DNA of 64,000 nt from Octopus vulgaris (GCA_951406725.2 OX597815.1:48670001-48734000); one strand, 5' to 3'; numbered from the stretch's first letter, positions 26,871 through 40,488 are shown. Made by a program: numbers and translations. The notes: generated by a model not told the origin, from the letters alone.

Positions 26871-28064
26871 TGAGAGCAAAAAATTTTCAATTGAGTTTAT
26901 GTATAATACCCAGGGTGAACAGCATGATGGAAGTGCAGCAGCTGTAGTTGCAAAGAAGGTGAAATCAAAAGCAAATCAAAATGCATTTGAATAATTGGAT
27001 AAGTTGGAACAAAAACCTCTGCATAGCAAATATGTAGTCCGTAGCAAACAAGCTGATGTATACAAGAAACACACCCATCAGTGGCTACAGAGCTCAGGGC
27101 TAAAGGCAGAGAGTGAAGGCTTTATCTTAGCTGCCCAAGATCAGAGCTTATTGACCTGGAATGATCAAGCCAATGTGATGAAAAATGGTGTAAACCCAAA
27201 ATGCTGATACTTCCACAATGGGATCAAATCAGTGGACCACCTAATATCTGAATGTAAAGTTTTAGCACCAGTAGAGTACAAATCAAGATATGACAGAGTT
27301 GGCCAATATCTACATTGGATAATGTGTTGGTGTTATAAAATCAAAACTGCTGACAATGGTACAAGCACCACTCTGAAACTGTTACTGGGGGAGAAAATGT
27401 AACTATTTTTTTGGACTTCCCAGTATGTATAGACCAAATCATCAAAGCAAATAAACCAAATATTGTTGAGAAAGTCTGTTTATTGATTGACATGAGAATA
27501 ACCTGTGACCATAATATCTCAGCAAAAGAATTTGATTAGCTCAGAAAATAGAAAGATTTGCTAATCGAAATCAAAAAGATATATCATCTGAAGATGCCAC
27601 ATCTTTACAATACATAGGATCACTTGAAATGATAAAAAAAGGGACTGGAAATTATTTAAGAATGATCCCTGGCTTACCATCCAAGCAGGAAGTGCAAAAG
27701 ATTGTTTTAACTGGTACGCCACACGTATCTGAGATGAGCATTGTTGCTGTGAATTTTCTTTCCTTTTTACTCCCTCTATTTTATTTTCTTAAGCCTTTAT
27801 TTTTTATTTTTTCCTTTTTTTCTGTCTTCCCTTTTTTCTCTATCACAGGACTTTGTAAATAAACAACCTGGTGTGTTTATTTTAATGGCCTACCAATGTA
27901 TACAGTACGTTTCTCTGCCCTAGGTGTCAAGAAGACACTCTGCAAAAAATGGAAACAGAATTGAAAGAAGATGCTAATGAAAATAATAGTAATAATAATA
28001 TAATTTAATATTTGTAGGTTGTAAGAGGAGAATTTGTTCTTTGACTTACGAGTGAATGAGATCA
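26871..28064 (+). mobile_element. 5'-truncated R4/Dong-type non-LTR retrotransposon
   Basis: KPLHSKY...QWLQSSGLKAESEGFILAAQDQSLLT..KC, decayed zinc-knuckle/RHD/WDF/PD regions, and MIKKGT...IPGLPS.QEVQKIVLTGTPHV. (TAA)n on both sides. Confidence 0.85.
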
Positions 28065-28430
28065 AATAATAATAATAATAATAAAAAGATCAATACTTTA
28101 TTTGTTAGACTTTGAAAACACATTAATGTTTATAGTAACAAGCAGTGACATTGAACGAGACAATCTATTTAATAGCTATCTATTAATTCCATTAGAGGGC
28201 TCCCTGCTATACAATTTCTGTCATCATTATTACAGCACCCATGATACACATTTAATTGAAGGCCCCATCATGCACATTTAATTTACAGTGACCACAGGGT
28301 ACTAGTTGTATACGCTTGTAATAACTGTTTACAATGTATAATGACAGCTTCACAGAACATCTTATACAAGTTTAAAATTGGACTGACTTGTCTATGTCAA
28401 GGCAATAAGAAATTTCGTAGTTAACACTTT

Positions 28431-28658
28431 TAACCCTTTAGTATTTAAACCGACCATATCAGACCAAAATATTCTACCTGTTTCATGTTCAAACTGGTTA
28501 GATCCAGCCTCTCATACCGATCCTACAATATCATTCTAAAAACAAGCAGTCACATCATCAAAGTATCAGGGCTACAAGACAATGCAGGATTAATTCAAAA
28601 CAATGTGAATAAATAAAAAATTACATTTGACGGAGTTATCCAAATGCAAAAGAATTAA
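28431..28658. mobile_element. Non-autonomous piggyBac-like element
   Basis: TTAA-CCCTTTAG start and decayed right end finishing in TTAA; same family as 12778-13452. Confidence 0.65.
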
Positions 28659-28671
28659 GTTATAGGGTAAA

Positions 28672-28995
28672 GAGTAAAGACCCCTTTCAGTCATGGATGA
28701 TCATGGGATTGCACTGAGAAAGTTACCCTCCAAGGCACAAGCCCAGGCAAAGATGTTAATGGAAGACCAGTGGTCACCCATGCATACCAGCCACCCCTCT
28801 CCATATCACTGATGTTATCCAAAGGAAAGGCAAAGACCAATAGGGGTTGGCTCCAGTGATGATGCAACTCATTTCTACAGCTGAGGGAAGTGGAGCAACA
28901 TGAAATAAAGTATCTCACTCAAGAACACAACTCACAGCCCGATCTGAGAATTGAACTCACTACCTTATGATTGTGAGCTCGACATTCTAACCTTG
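28672..28995 (-). mobile_element. SINE family C
   Basis: Homologous to 14275-14600. Confidence 0.75.
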
Positions 28996-29459
28996 CATCA
29001 TATACTAAGATATGATTTGCACCTGTACCCAGACAAAGTGCAATTGGAAAAGAATCTGCGACTGACAGATACCAAAAATGCTTAACTTACTTGGTTCAGA
29101 TCCAGGGGCTGGCTGGTGATGATAACAAATTTCTACATCAGCTGATTATGAGTGATGAAAATGCCATATAATTTCTGAATGAACAGAGAACCCTCATTCC
29201 AGCTGTCTTTTTGTAGATTTTGGACAATATTACCTAATGTATCTTTTACCTTTTTAATACAACAGGGAATCTAGCATCTATTTCCAACAAGCCAATTGAC
29301 CACACAGAGGTTCACTGATGGAATGGAATTCTATCTGTGTCTATCAGAAAATATTGTTTTCCTTTCACTGTCCATTCTGTTATTATGACACAACAGTGTT
29401 TAAGTGATAGGTTGTCTAGACTAATTACCAAGATACTTAATGCTGATTTCTTAATTTTT

Positions 29460-29775
29460 TAGGTTGATTATTTAGTTGGTTGGTTGGTTGGTTGGTTGGT
29501 TGGATGGTTGGTTGGTTGGTTGGTTGGCTGGCTAGATGGTTGGTAAGATTATTTGCTTGTGTAGTCAATATTGGTTGGCTTATTGAGGAATGTCTAAGTT
29601 GTTTGGCTTGTTAGTTAATTAGTTGTTGATTGCTTACATTTTAAGTTGGTTGTTTAGTGGATTGGTTGATTGGTTGTTTGGCTAGCAAGGTTAGATGCTT
29701 GTTTATATATATAGGTTGGGTGGTTAGAGGGTGTCCAGGTTGATTGCTTGGTTGACTTTTTAGTTGGTTAGTTGC
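29460..29775. repeat. Degenerate (TTGG)n tract
   Basis: Read directly; a second tract is at 31740-32075. Confidence 0.85.
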
Positions 29776-29781
29776 TTTATA

Positions 29782-30126
29782 CCTGTGTTTCCCAACCATT
29801 TTTTACCTGTGGGTCCTTTGATTCCTATTTTTCTCAGATGAACCCTCTTAGCCATTCAATGTTTAAAAATTCATATATTTTTGTAATAAAATATTACTAG
29901 GAATTGTATAAAAAAACATCATTACAATATTTTGTGTGTAGGTGCAGGCATGGTTGTGTGGTAAGAAGCTTGCTTCTCAACTACATGGTTCCAAGTTCAG
30001 TCCCACTGTGTGGCACCTTGGGCAAGTGTGTTCTACTATAGCCTTAGGCCGACCAAAACCTTGTGAGTGGATTTGGTAGACAGAAACAGAAAGAAGTCCA
30101 TTGTATATACATATGTACACACACAC

Positions 30127-30165
<39 letters not shown>

Positions 30166-30211
30166 CACACATATACATATATACACGTATATATATATAT
30201 ACACATACATA

Positions 30212-30247
<36 letters not shown>

Positions 30248-30570
30248 TTTATATATATATTCTTATGTGTGTGTGTGTGTATGTGTCTGTTTGTTCCCAC
30301 CTGCAATACTTGACAACTGATGCTGGTATGTCCCTGTAACTTAGCAGTTCGGCAAAAGTGACTGATTGAATAAGTACTAGGCTTACAAAGAATAAGTTCC
30401 GGGGTCAGTTTATTTGACTAAAACCCTTACGCTGCAGTCAAATGACTAAGACAACTAAAAGAATTAAAGATTAGTAGAAACATAACCAATTTATTGCTGG
30501 TAAATTTTAATAACAAAATTTTATATGGATCCTCAAGGGCCATATGAACCCTGGTTGACAATAATTGCTT
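29782..30570. mobile_element. hAT-like MITE interrupted by a family A SINE (about 29945-30465)
   Basis: Left end CTGTGTTTCCCAACCATTTTT and right end CCCTGGTTGACAATAATTG resemble decayed CAGTGTTTCCCAAC-type termini. Confidence 0.5.
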
Positions 30571-30645
30571 TATACAATTGTTATGTCTTGCATTATGACA
30601 ATGTATTTTGTCATCTCTGAGGGATTGGGTTGAACAGCTTGTCCC

Positions 30646-31700
30646 ACTGACTGACTGATTTTTTATTAGGCACTATGGCCCTAACACAGATGGGACAACA
30701 CAAGGACAGACAACACCACAGTGGGGACAAAAACATAAAACGAATGAAAAATGTATAAAATGATAATAAATGAATAATAATGCAATGGCTGCATTAAGCC
30801 CCACTCCGCAAGCAGTACCATTTAACTGTTAAATCATATAGTTTTAAAAAGATTTCTTTTTTTTCTTTTAACATCATTTTTTCTTTTTAAAAGTCTATGT
30901 TTCTTTTTTCTTTTCCTCCAAATAAATTTTTATCTACATTTTTTTAAACAGTTCATGTAGGGTTTCAAATCCTCGTCCTCCATGACTGGTGGTAATTCAT
31001 CAAATTTTATCTCAATCCCCAAAGGGTCTATATTACTCCTGGACATTTCTTTTAGTTTTCTGTATCTTTCTTTGTTGATTATTTTGCCTTTAATGTGTTC
31101 TGAATATTTCTCTGGTGGCAACTTAACTCTTATGACCGATTTGAATTTTTTTATCCTTCTTTCAATTTCAGTACTTTTGACATATGTGACTATATGCCAC
31201 TTGTTCTTCCTCTGTTTTACCTGTTTGTTTCAGTGATGGACCTGGGCTGTCCGAGCAAGTCTTTCTTTTATTTCTTCTGCCAGTGTACCAAAAATTTCTT
31301 CTACATCTATGTCTTCCGCTTCGAGTTGCAGTGATGTTCCTGCTTCCTGTTGGTAATTTTAGTGCTGTTGGTGTATCGAACCAGCTCCTTACCACTTCCA
31401 ACTCTATCTCCTTCTTCTATTTTTGACTCTCTGGTGGAGAGCTCACATGCTCTTTCCTTTTTCTCCTATTCACAACGGTGAATAATTCCTCCTCTCTGTT
31501 CTTCTCTCCTTCCAGCACCGCCACTTTGGCACTCTTGTTCTTCAAACTGTTGCTTCTGCTCTTCCTCTTTATTTTCCTTCTGGAGGTACCTTGCTTTCAT
31601 GTTCCCCTTTTGACCACACAGATAACATGTTCATGGTCTGCCTTCCACCACTACATTTAGTCTCATGTCGTCTGGTAAAATGATTTCTTCAGTGATTTCA
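30646..31700 (-). mobile_element. Non-LTR element remnant: ORF1 with decayed zinc knuckle joined to a 3' UTR
   Basis: Minus strand LPDDMRLNVVVEGRP*TCYLCGQKGNMKARY (decayed CX2CX4HX4C), a Lys/Glu-rich continuation, then AATAAAAAA-(TCAG)n. Confidence 0.6.
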
Positions 31701-32535
31701 TGTAAGTGATTGACAAATAGCTTGACTTATAGCAAGATTAATTTGTTGTTTCATTGTTGGTAAGTTTGTTTGTTTGATTGGTTGATTGATTGGTTGGTTG
31801 CTCACTTGCTTGCTTGACTAATTAACTGGTTGGCTAATTAATTGTTTGCCCAATTTATTAGTTGATCAATTGATTGGTTGTTTGATTTGTTGACAGCTTT
31901 CTCAAATTGATTGGTTGGCTGGCAAGATTTTTGGTTGAATTTATAAGTTTGTTAATTTGCTGACTGTTTGACTGATTAGTTAGTTAGTTGCCTGTTAGTG
32001 ATGCTAGTTAGTTGGCTGGTTGTTTGGTTGGCTGGCTGGACAGTTGACAGGTTGGCTTGCTGGTTATTTAGCCAACAGAAAAATAGCATTGTTAGTGAGT
32101 CGATCAGTCAATCAGATAGATACAAAAAGTGTCTCAGATGAAACATACACACGATCCACTGCACTTAGTATCATAACCGTTAAGAGTCGTCCATCAACCC
32201 TCAGCCATTCTGACTTTTGGCCAACACTTTCCATTTATGACAAGCAATAATTGTCAGTGCAAGATTTTAAACTTCAATGGCACTACCTGTTTCTAGAGAG
32301 AATGAAACGGATTCTCCTGAAAGAGAAAAAAAAAAAACAGAAAGAAAAAAGAATCATTGACAAAGAAATTTTTTTAAAATATATAAAAACCAGAAAATGG
32401 TTAGTGTTTGGTCTCGTCGTTGATGCACTGATGCCATTATACCTGTAAATTCTTACACAGCTGTCAAAGAATAACTCAAAGTGTGCACAAGATATCAAAA
32501 TGACATATTGGTATCATTTCAAGAAGTTTGTTGCA

Positions 32536-32558
32536 AGAAATGCCATTATTCCATATAC

Positions 32559-32606
<48 letters not shown>

Positions 32607-32729
32607 GTATGTGTGTGTGTGTATGTACACACACAGAGAGACAAAAACACAGATATACATGTGTATATATTTATATATATAATATACATGTATAATACAT
32701 GAAAATAGGTATATACAATACATATATAA

Positions 32730-32762
<33 letters not shown>

Positions 32763-32765
32763 GTG

Positions 32766-32821
<56 letters not shown>

Positions 32822-33087
32822 GTACATATATATATATCAATACATATACATAAATAGATAGATATGTACATTCATTTATATATATATGCATATATATATT
32901 TATGTATACACATATACATATTTATATATGCATGTATATATGTATATATGTATATAAGATATATATATATATATATTTATATATTCATATATGTGTGTGT
33001 AAATGTGCTCATATATATATATTCATATATTCATTTATATATATAATATACATATATATATATGCATATATATATGCATATATATGT
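32536..33087. repeat. Compound TA/TG/GA microsatellite field
   Basis: Read directly; similar fields at 33594-33780, 34330-34746, 39105-39650, 50744-51320 and 58728-59042. Confidence 0.95.
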
Positions 33088-33591
33088 TCATTTCCTTTTT
33101 TTTTTCTTGATAGTTTTCTGTCTTTTGGGGCATAATGTTTTTGGCTGGGGTTTTAGAAGAGTTTCTTTTATTCTCTTTCTTATTTTTTCCCCCTTTTTTT
33201 TTTGTACCTTTTAATCATTTTAGAAGCTGCTGGAAAATTTGCAGCATGGCCGAGAGGGAAGTGACGTATTAGCATTGCATTTAAATTGAAGTCACACATC
33301 GGCACTCTGTTAAAACACCATATCCTAAGACATTATTCTATATAAGTATGTGCGTGTGGTAATGACAGAGGGAGGTAGTGGAAGTTATTAAAGCGAGAGA
33401 ATGATACAAAGAGAGGCTGATGGACAAAATGTGAAACTGAGGTATGTAAAAATGTAGAGCGGGGGGGAGAAGAGGAAATGGGAAGAGAATGAGGGGAAAT
33501 TACTTTTAGAGAGATTTGGCGCAAAGATAAAGAGAGGGACAGAAATTTGATAATTAGCTAGAGAGATGGCTTGATAGATTTGCAGATGAAG

Positions 33592-33643
<52 letters not shown>

Positions 33644-33678
33644 CTACACATATATACATATACACATTTATATATCTA

Positions 33679-33723
<45 letters not shown>

Positions 33724-34671
33724 GTATATGTACATACATGTATATGTGTGTGTGTGTGTATGTATATTTGTGTGTGTGTGTAAAAGAGAAAGAAAAGCAT
33801 TATAAAAAATTGGAATATCTTTTTACAAGTCAAGACACCCATTTTTTGGTAAGCAATTAAGAAGATCATTCTGTCATATCTATCAAAGAGATGGCCTTAT
33901 TTTCACAGCTAAACACTGTTAAAAGCACACAAGAAGATTTGAGACATTTTCTTATCTTCCTATCGAGTCATCTTTTTTCTTAAAGTTCTTTTTTTTTTAT
34001 TTCATCACTTTTTCTTCTTTGGAGGGGGTAGTAATTTGTGGAAGAGAAATAAGTCATTGAAATTTATATTGAGTGCATCCATTGCCATCCGTAAGGACAT
34101 CTTTTGGTCTTTTTTTCATTATTGTGTACATATGTTGGAAATATAGAATTGTGTATAGGAAGAGAAAGAGAGAGAGAGAGAGAGAGAGGGAGAAAGAGAG
34201 GGAAAGTAGAGGGATAGAGAGCATTGAGTGGTTGGATGGGAGCCGGCTAAAAGAAGTGATGTGTGATTAAATAGATGACAAATACACATGCATGTCTTAC
34301 TTCCTCTTTCATTTTCTCCCTCATACACATATGCATGTGTATGTGTGTGTGTGCGTGTGTGGGTGGGTGGATGTGTAAATATCTGTGTGTGTGTATATAT
34401 ATATGTTTACATTTATATACAGAGAGACATAGCTATAGAAAGGTAGTTAGCTACATAAATACGGACACACATTCACTGTGTCACACACATATATATATAA
34501 ACACACTATACTATATATACTATATATACCCATACTATATATACACACACACATACTCCCATATATATGTATATATATACCCATACAAACACACACACAT
34601 ATATATATACATACATATATACATATATATGCATATATATATATGTGTATGTGTATATATATACATGTACA

Positions 34672-34706
<35 letters not shown>

Positions 34707-35007
34707 CATGCACACACACAGATATATATATATATATATATATATACTCACACATTCAATCCCATTGCGTGGCACCTTGGGTAAGTGTCTTCTACTATAG
34801 CCTCAGGCCGACCGAAGCCTTGTGAGTGGATTTGGTAGACGGAAACTGAAAGAAGCCTGTCCTATATATAACTATATATATGTGATATGTGTGTGTGTGT
34901 GTATGTATATATACTCACTCACACATGTATGCAGGATAGCAACATTATGTTGGCAAATAGCCTTTACTTTACATATATACATACACACACACACATATAT
35001 ATATATA

Positions 35008-35202
35008 AAGTTAATCCAAACATGAAAACACAACAACGCGAAGACGTGGAACAAGTATAGTATTATTAGACGCTCAGAAAAGAAGGAAAGAAGGAGGGTT
35101 TAACGTTTCGAGCGGAGCTCTTCATCAGAAACATAGGAAAATGAAAGATCCAAAGAAGGGAAGACGGAGGAAAAAAATCGACAACAGTACACACGTGGTC
35201 AC
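35008..35202 (-). mobile_element. Family HH1 element, copy 2
   Basis: Reverse complement of 44798-45005; flanked by (TA)n. Confidence 0.85.
35098..35132 (-). ncRNA. Minimal type-I hammerhead ribozyme motif, intact core (HH1)
   Basis: GUUU-CUGAUGA-A-GAGC(UCC)GCUC-GAAA-CGUU-AAAC: 4-bp stem I, 4-bp stem II, palindromic AACGUU at stem III, GUU cleavage triplet. Confidence 0.8.
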
Positions 35203-35779
35203 ATTATATATATATATATACATAGATATATATATAGATATGTATGTATATATATAAACACATATACATATGTATATATATATATAGAGATATACACACA
35301 TATACATAATACATATACACATACACACATATACATAATACATATACACATACACACATACACACATGAAGTGAGCTTCCGCACAATTTCCATCAAACGA
35401 ATTCACTCACAAGGAATCGATCAGCCAGGGACTATAGTGGAAGATGTTTGCTCAATGTGCCATACAGTAGGACTGAAACCATATTGTTGCAAAGTGATCT
35501 TCAAAACCAGACAGCTGTGTGTGTTTGCATGTACTAGCATTGTTTTGTGGTTAAAAAACTTGTTTAACAACCATATAATTTTGGGTTTTACTACATTACA
35601 TGACATCTTGGTTATTATGTGGCCAATAACTTGTGAGTGAAAGTTTTTTGGTAAAACCTTTGCAGAAGCCATGTAAGTGAGTATGTATTAATAAACATGC
35701 TTCAGAATATGAACTTATTGTCTACAGTACCCAGATGCTCCATGACACATCAGAAGAAAATAACCAAAACTGCATGAAC

Positions 35780-36370
35780 AGTACATAGAATATGCACAGG
35801 AAATGAACAGTAAATAAGTCTTTTGAAATAAATTGGGTTGGGGGTTCTCAGGTGTACTCATGGGGAATTTCAGGAAACATGGAAGTTTTGAAGGATGTAG
35901 TGTCTCAACAGCCAACAACTGACATGGGTAATTTATTCCATGCTTCAGTAATTCTGAGCATGAGTAAACATTACTGAAAGCCATAGGTGCTCTGTTGGTT
36001 TTTGATTTTGTATGCGTGTCCAAGAGTGTTAGACACATGGAATTCAAAAAGGTGCCCAAGGTTGTTGGAAAAATGATGGATAATCTTGTAGTTTTCTACC
36101 AAATTGGTTGCCAGATGTCAGAGCTTCAATATCTCTATACCCAGGGAAATGAGATGTTCAGAGTATGGTAGATGCCTGACAGCAGGTATTCTTCTGGTTG
36201 TAGAGGTGTTTTTGTATATCTTCACGCTGATACTGTTTGAGCAGTGATATAGTTGTTTGCATCTTTGGCAAACGATATTTTCTGTGGATTAGCAGCTATG
36301 TTGGATATGATATGGAAAGACCAAGAGAGTATAAATAACATGTAAGGACCTGTGATGGGAATACTCTTGG
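35780..36370 (-). mobile_element. Degenerate CR1-type LINE 3' end
   Basis: Minus-strand pieces read NYKIIH, LGH-YKIK and RITEAWNKLPMSVVG, typical of the CR1 ORF2 C-terminus. Confidence 0.7.
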
Positions 36371-36479
36371 ACTCTAGAATACATTGCAGCATATACACAA
36401 AACTACCTCTATAAGAGTCAACGAACTCATGCCCATGTGGAAAAAGAGTAAGTAAAAATAATGATCATGAAATGTATGT

Positions 36480-36754
36480 ACATTATTTACATTATTTACG
36501 TTATTTACATTTGACGGGTATTTGTCCTCATCTGGTTTGTTATCACAACGTTTCGGCTGATATACTCTCCAGCCTTCTTCAGGTATACTGGGGAAATTTC
36601 GAACCTGGGTTCTCATTCCTAAGGTAATTTTCGATGTTATTATTATTATTATTAGTGTTCAGGTCACTGCTTGGCATCGAACCCGGAATCTTGGGGTTAG
36701 TAGCCAGTGCTCTTAACCACTACGCCATATGCCCGTGGGCATTTCAATATAGAA
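36480..36754 (-). mobile_element. Family HH2 element, copy 2
   Basis: A box TGGCGTAGTGG and B box GGTTCGATGCC on the minus strand. ATGAAATGTATGT is duplicated at 36467-36479 and 36755-36767. Confidence 0.85.
36542..36587 (-). ncRNA. Minimal type-I hammerhead ribozyme motif, intact core (HH2)
   Basis: UAC-CUGAAGA-A-GGCUG(GAGAGUAUAU)CAGCC-GAAA-CGUU-GUG; stem I is short in this copy. Confidence 0.75.
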
Positions 36755-36771
36755 ATGAAATGTATGTGTTG

Positions 36772-37000
36772 TCTGGTTTCCTAATTTCCCCAGTTACAAT
36801 CCCTTAAATTATTATTATGGAGAAAAAAGTTGAGAAAGACTTCGATTGCTCTGTCTGCAACATCAAGGCCAAGCTGGTGGACACGGTCAAAGAATTGCTC
36901 AAAAATCATCCCACAGTCATAGTGAAGAATGCATACACCAGGTTCCACACCTGTCTTTGGGCCATGGTGCAAGCTGAAGGTAGTTGCTATGAATAAACTG
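36772..37000 (+). pseudogene. Tc1/mariner transposase C-terminal fragment
   Basis: WFPNFPSYNPLNYY...CNIKAKLVDTVKE...VKNAYTRFHTCLWAMVQAEGSCYE*, parallel to the element at 43427. Confidence 0.7.
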
Positions 37001-37153
37001 TTATCTCCCAGCAATAGTCTAGTTGAGATTTTTTGATTTTTTAAAAAATACTTTTAGTTTTTGATCGGATATTTTGTTTTCTTTTTCTTTTATGAAAACT
37101 GTTGAATTTAGCTCAAACATCCATCCATCCATCCATCTATCACATACACACAT

Positions 37154-37211
<58 letters not shown>

Positions 37212-38339
37212 GTCAAACTGTGTTGAGCAAATGAGAAGAGTGTGCTCCATACTCGTAGAGTCTATGGCTTATTGAAAGTCAATGTTTATTTTTCATCTCA
37301 ACATTCTTGAAGTATCACGAAACTGAAGTCGCAAGATAAATATTCGGTTTCAGTAAACTGCATGTGTGTATATAATACATACATATGTAAATATGAGTGT
37401 GTATACATAAGGAGGAGAGGGAAAAGGAGGATAGAGAGGAGGAGGAAGATGAGGAGGGAGTTTGTTGAGATTTTTAATCGATAAGAATATTTTGCAAGGC
37501 AAAGAAGAAAATGAGAAAAGAAGATGGTTGTGGTAGCAATGATGAGAAAGGCACCATTGTCGTCATCATCATCACCAATGACAACAATGACAACAACAAT
37601 AATAGCAGCTGCGATGTCACTATAATGATGATGATGATGATGAAGAAGAAGAAAAGAAGGCAGAAGATTAATGAAAAAAAACAAGAGGAGGCAAGAATTA
37701 TCATGGTTCAATGGTGTTGAAGACTTTCTTCACTGTCTGTTTATGAAGATTGATGCTATTGGGCGACAAAACTATGACCAGGATATAGAAACTTCCTCAT
37801 AATAGGAAGAAGTCAGAGAGAAAATGAGGAATTTTTTTGTTTTTCTTAATCAAGAATTTAATGCTTGGTTTGTTGGGATTTTTAATCCTGCACTGTTTGG
37901 ATTACACACTTGGAAAATTGACTTATAAAATTTTGCTCTTTCCTCCATTACAGCCATCACAATCTTCAACACCACCTCAAGAAAACCAGCATCACAACCA
38001 CTACCACCACCATGAAAATCACTTATACAACCACCATAATCACAACAACAACCAACTTTATCAGAACTACTACCACCACCAGAACCCCCCTAACAACCAC
38101 CACAACTAGCACCAATACACCAAAAACGAAACTATTTCCAGCACCATGATCAACAACACTACTTCGATGACCACCACCACCTCAATCACAACAACAATAA
38201 TAAGCACCACCACCACCACCATCATTGTAATTCTGAAACAACCATCAACACAAACACCAAGATGCCTAAAAGAAAACTACCTCCAGCATCTCAGTCAATA
38301 CCACCACAATCTTTAGCACCACGTCAACAAAACCAACAA

Positions 38340-38532
38340 CACCACAGAGGGGACAAACAAGGACAGACAAACGGATTAAATCGATTATATCGACCCCAGT
38401 GTATAACTGGTACTTATTTAATCGACCCCAAAAGGATGAAAGGCAAAGTCGACTTCGGTGGAATCTGAACGTAGCGATAGATGAAATACTGTCAAGCATT
38501 TCGCCCGGAATGCTAACGTTTCTGCCAGCTCA
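38340..38532 (-). mobile_element. SINE family B (Nin-domain type)
   Basis: ATCGACCCCAAAAGGATGAAAGGCAAAGTCGAC...CTAACGTTTCTGCCAGCTC on the plus strand. Confidence 0.85.
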
Positions 38533-39410
38533 CTGCCTTACCACTACATACATCAACACAACCATGACCACTGACAACACCACCAACCACAACCACCAAC
38601 AAATACTGATTTCAAATTTTGGCACAAGGCCAGCAATTTTCATTATTATTATTATAGTAGTTGTCGTTTTGATTGCTGCCTTTGCTTCAAGCCAAATTTT
38701 AGCAGTGTGAAATCTGTACATATCATTTACAATTCTAAAAACGTCATTCAGTACTCAACTGGTACTTATTTTATCAACCCCGGAAGGATTAAAAGCAAAG
38801 TGAACATTGGTAAGATTTGAACTCAGAGCATAAAGATGTATGAGATGCTGCTACCACAAACAAATATTGCCAACAAAAAAAAAATACCAGCACTAGGACA
38901 ACCACCATCAACTCTACTAACACCAACACCAGTACCATCAGCGGAAATACCACCACAACTATCATCACTACTTTTGTCTTAAGGGACATACAAATCTAAG
39001 TGTTTAGTGTGAAAACTATGTTAAATATAATGAGACCAATTTGATCTTCCAGATTTCATTATCATACTAAAGAAATCTGTTTTTGAAAGTAAATATGTAT
39101 GTAATATAAATGTGTGAAGGGTGTATATATACAATATAAATGTATGTGTGTACATATTTATGTACAAATGTATGCATATCACACAGATATATATATATGT
39201 ATACATGCACATGTGCATGAATGTTTGTGTTTGTGTATATATACATATATACACATGCATATATATATGCATATATAAGTGCACATACATAATGCTTATA
39301 TATGGGTATATATATATATATATATATATATGCATATATATGGGCATATATATATGCATATACGTACATATATATATACATATATGGGCATATATATATG
39401 CATCATCATC

Positions 39411-39455
<45 letters not shown>

Positions 39456-39520
39456 GTTTAACATCCATTTTCCGTGCTAGCACGGTACACATGGGCATAT
39501 ATATATGCATATATGTGAAA

Positions 39521-39610
<90 letters not shown>

Positions 39611-40191
39611 TATATATGTTATACATATGCATACACACACACATATATGTATGTTTTCTCTTTTACAGTTTATATATTTCTGTTCATGTCAAATAAAGTT
39701 CTGCCTCAAGTCTTTGGACTTTAGATGGTAAATGTGCAATACATGCATATTTACCATTTTCTGTACCTGTTCTTTATTTTTTTTGTTTTTGTTTCCTTTC
39801 CCTTTTCCCCTGCTTCTTGTTTATCACTTCCTAAAATTCCTGTCTCCTCATTGATACAAAAATGTCATCAGTAATTCCTGCTAAGCTTGGCTGGCCATGA
39901 TGCATTAAAAAAACAACAAAAACAAAAAAAGAGGGAATGTGAGAAATACATACGTACAATCAAAGAGACAACAGAAACAACAGCAGCAAACAAGTGAAAC
40001 AAGCAAAAAAATAAACAAAACACTAATAATACTAATAATAATAATAATAAAAGTAAGCAAGGTGTGAGGAAATTAGCCATGAAAGTCAGTCGAGTGGTTA
40101 AAATGAAGTTTTTAGAATCGTAAATGATGTGTACAGATTTCACTCTGCTACACTTGGCTCGAAGCAAAAGCAGCAATCAAAACGACAACTA

Positions 40192-40382
40192 GAATAATAA
40201 TAATAATAATGATAATAATAATAATAATAACAACAACAATGATGATGATGTTCATAATAATAATGATAATAACAATGATGATAATAATAATGACAATAAT
40301 AACAATGATGATGCTGATAAAAATAATAATAACAATAATAACAATACTGATCTTAGTAATAATAATAATGATGATGATGATG

Positions 40383-40431
<49 letters not shown>

Positions 40432-40439
40432 TGATAATG

Positions 40440-40488
<49 letters not shown>

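Noticed and set aside
32276-32300. AATGGCACT resembling the miR-183/263 5' end
   Set aside because: The 3' half does not match and no star arm is visible.
36660-36735. tRNA gene
   Set aside because: It has A/B boxes but no closing acceptor stem, and it is the head of a repeated element. The same holds for the other SINE heads.
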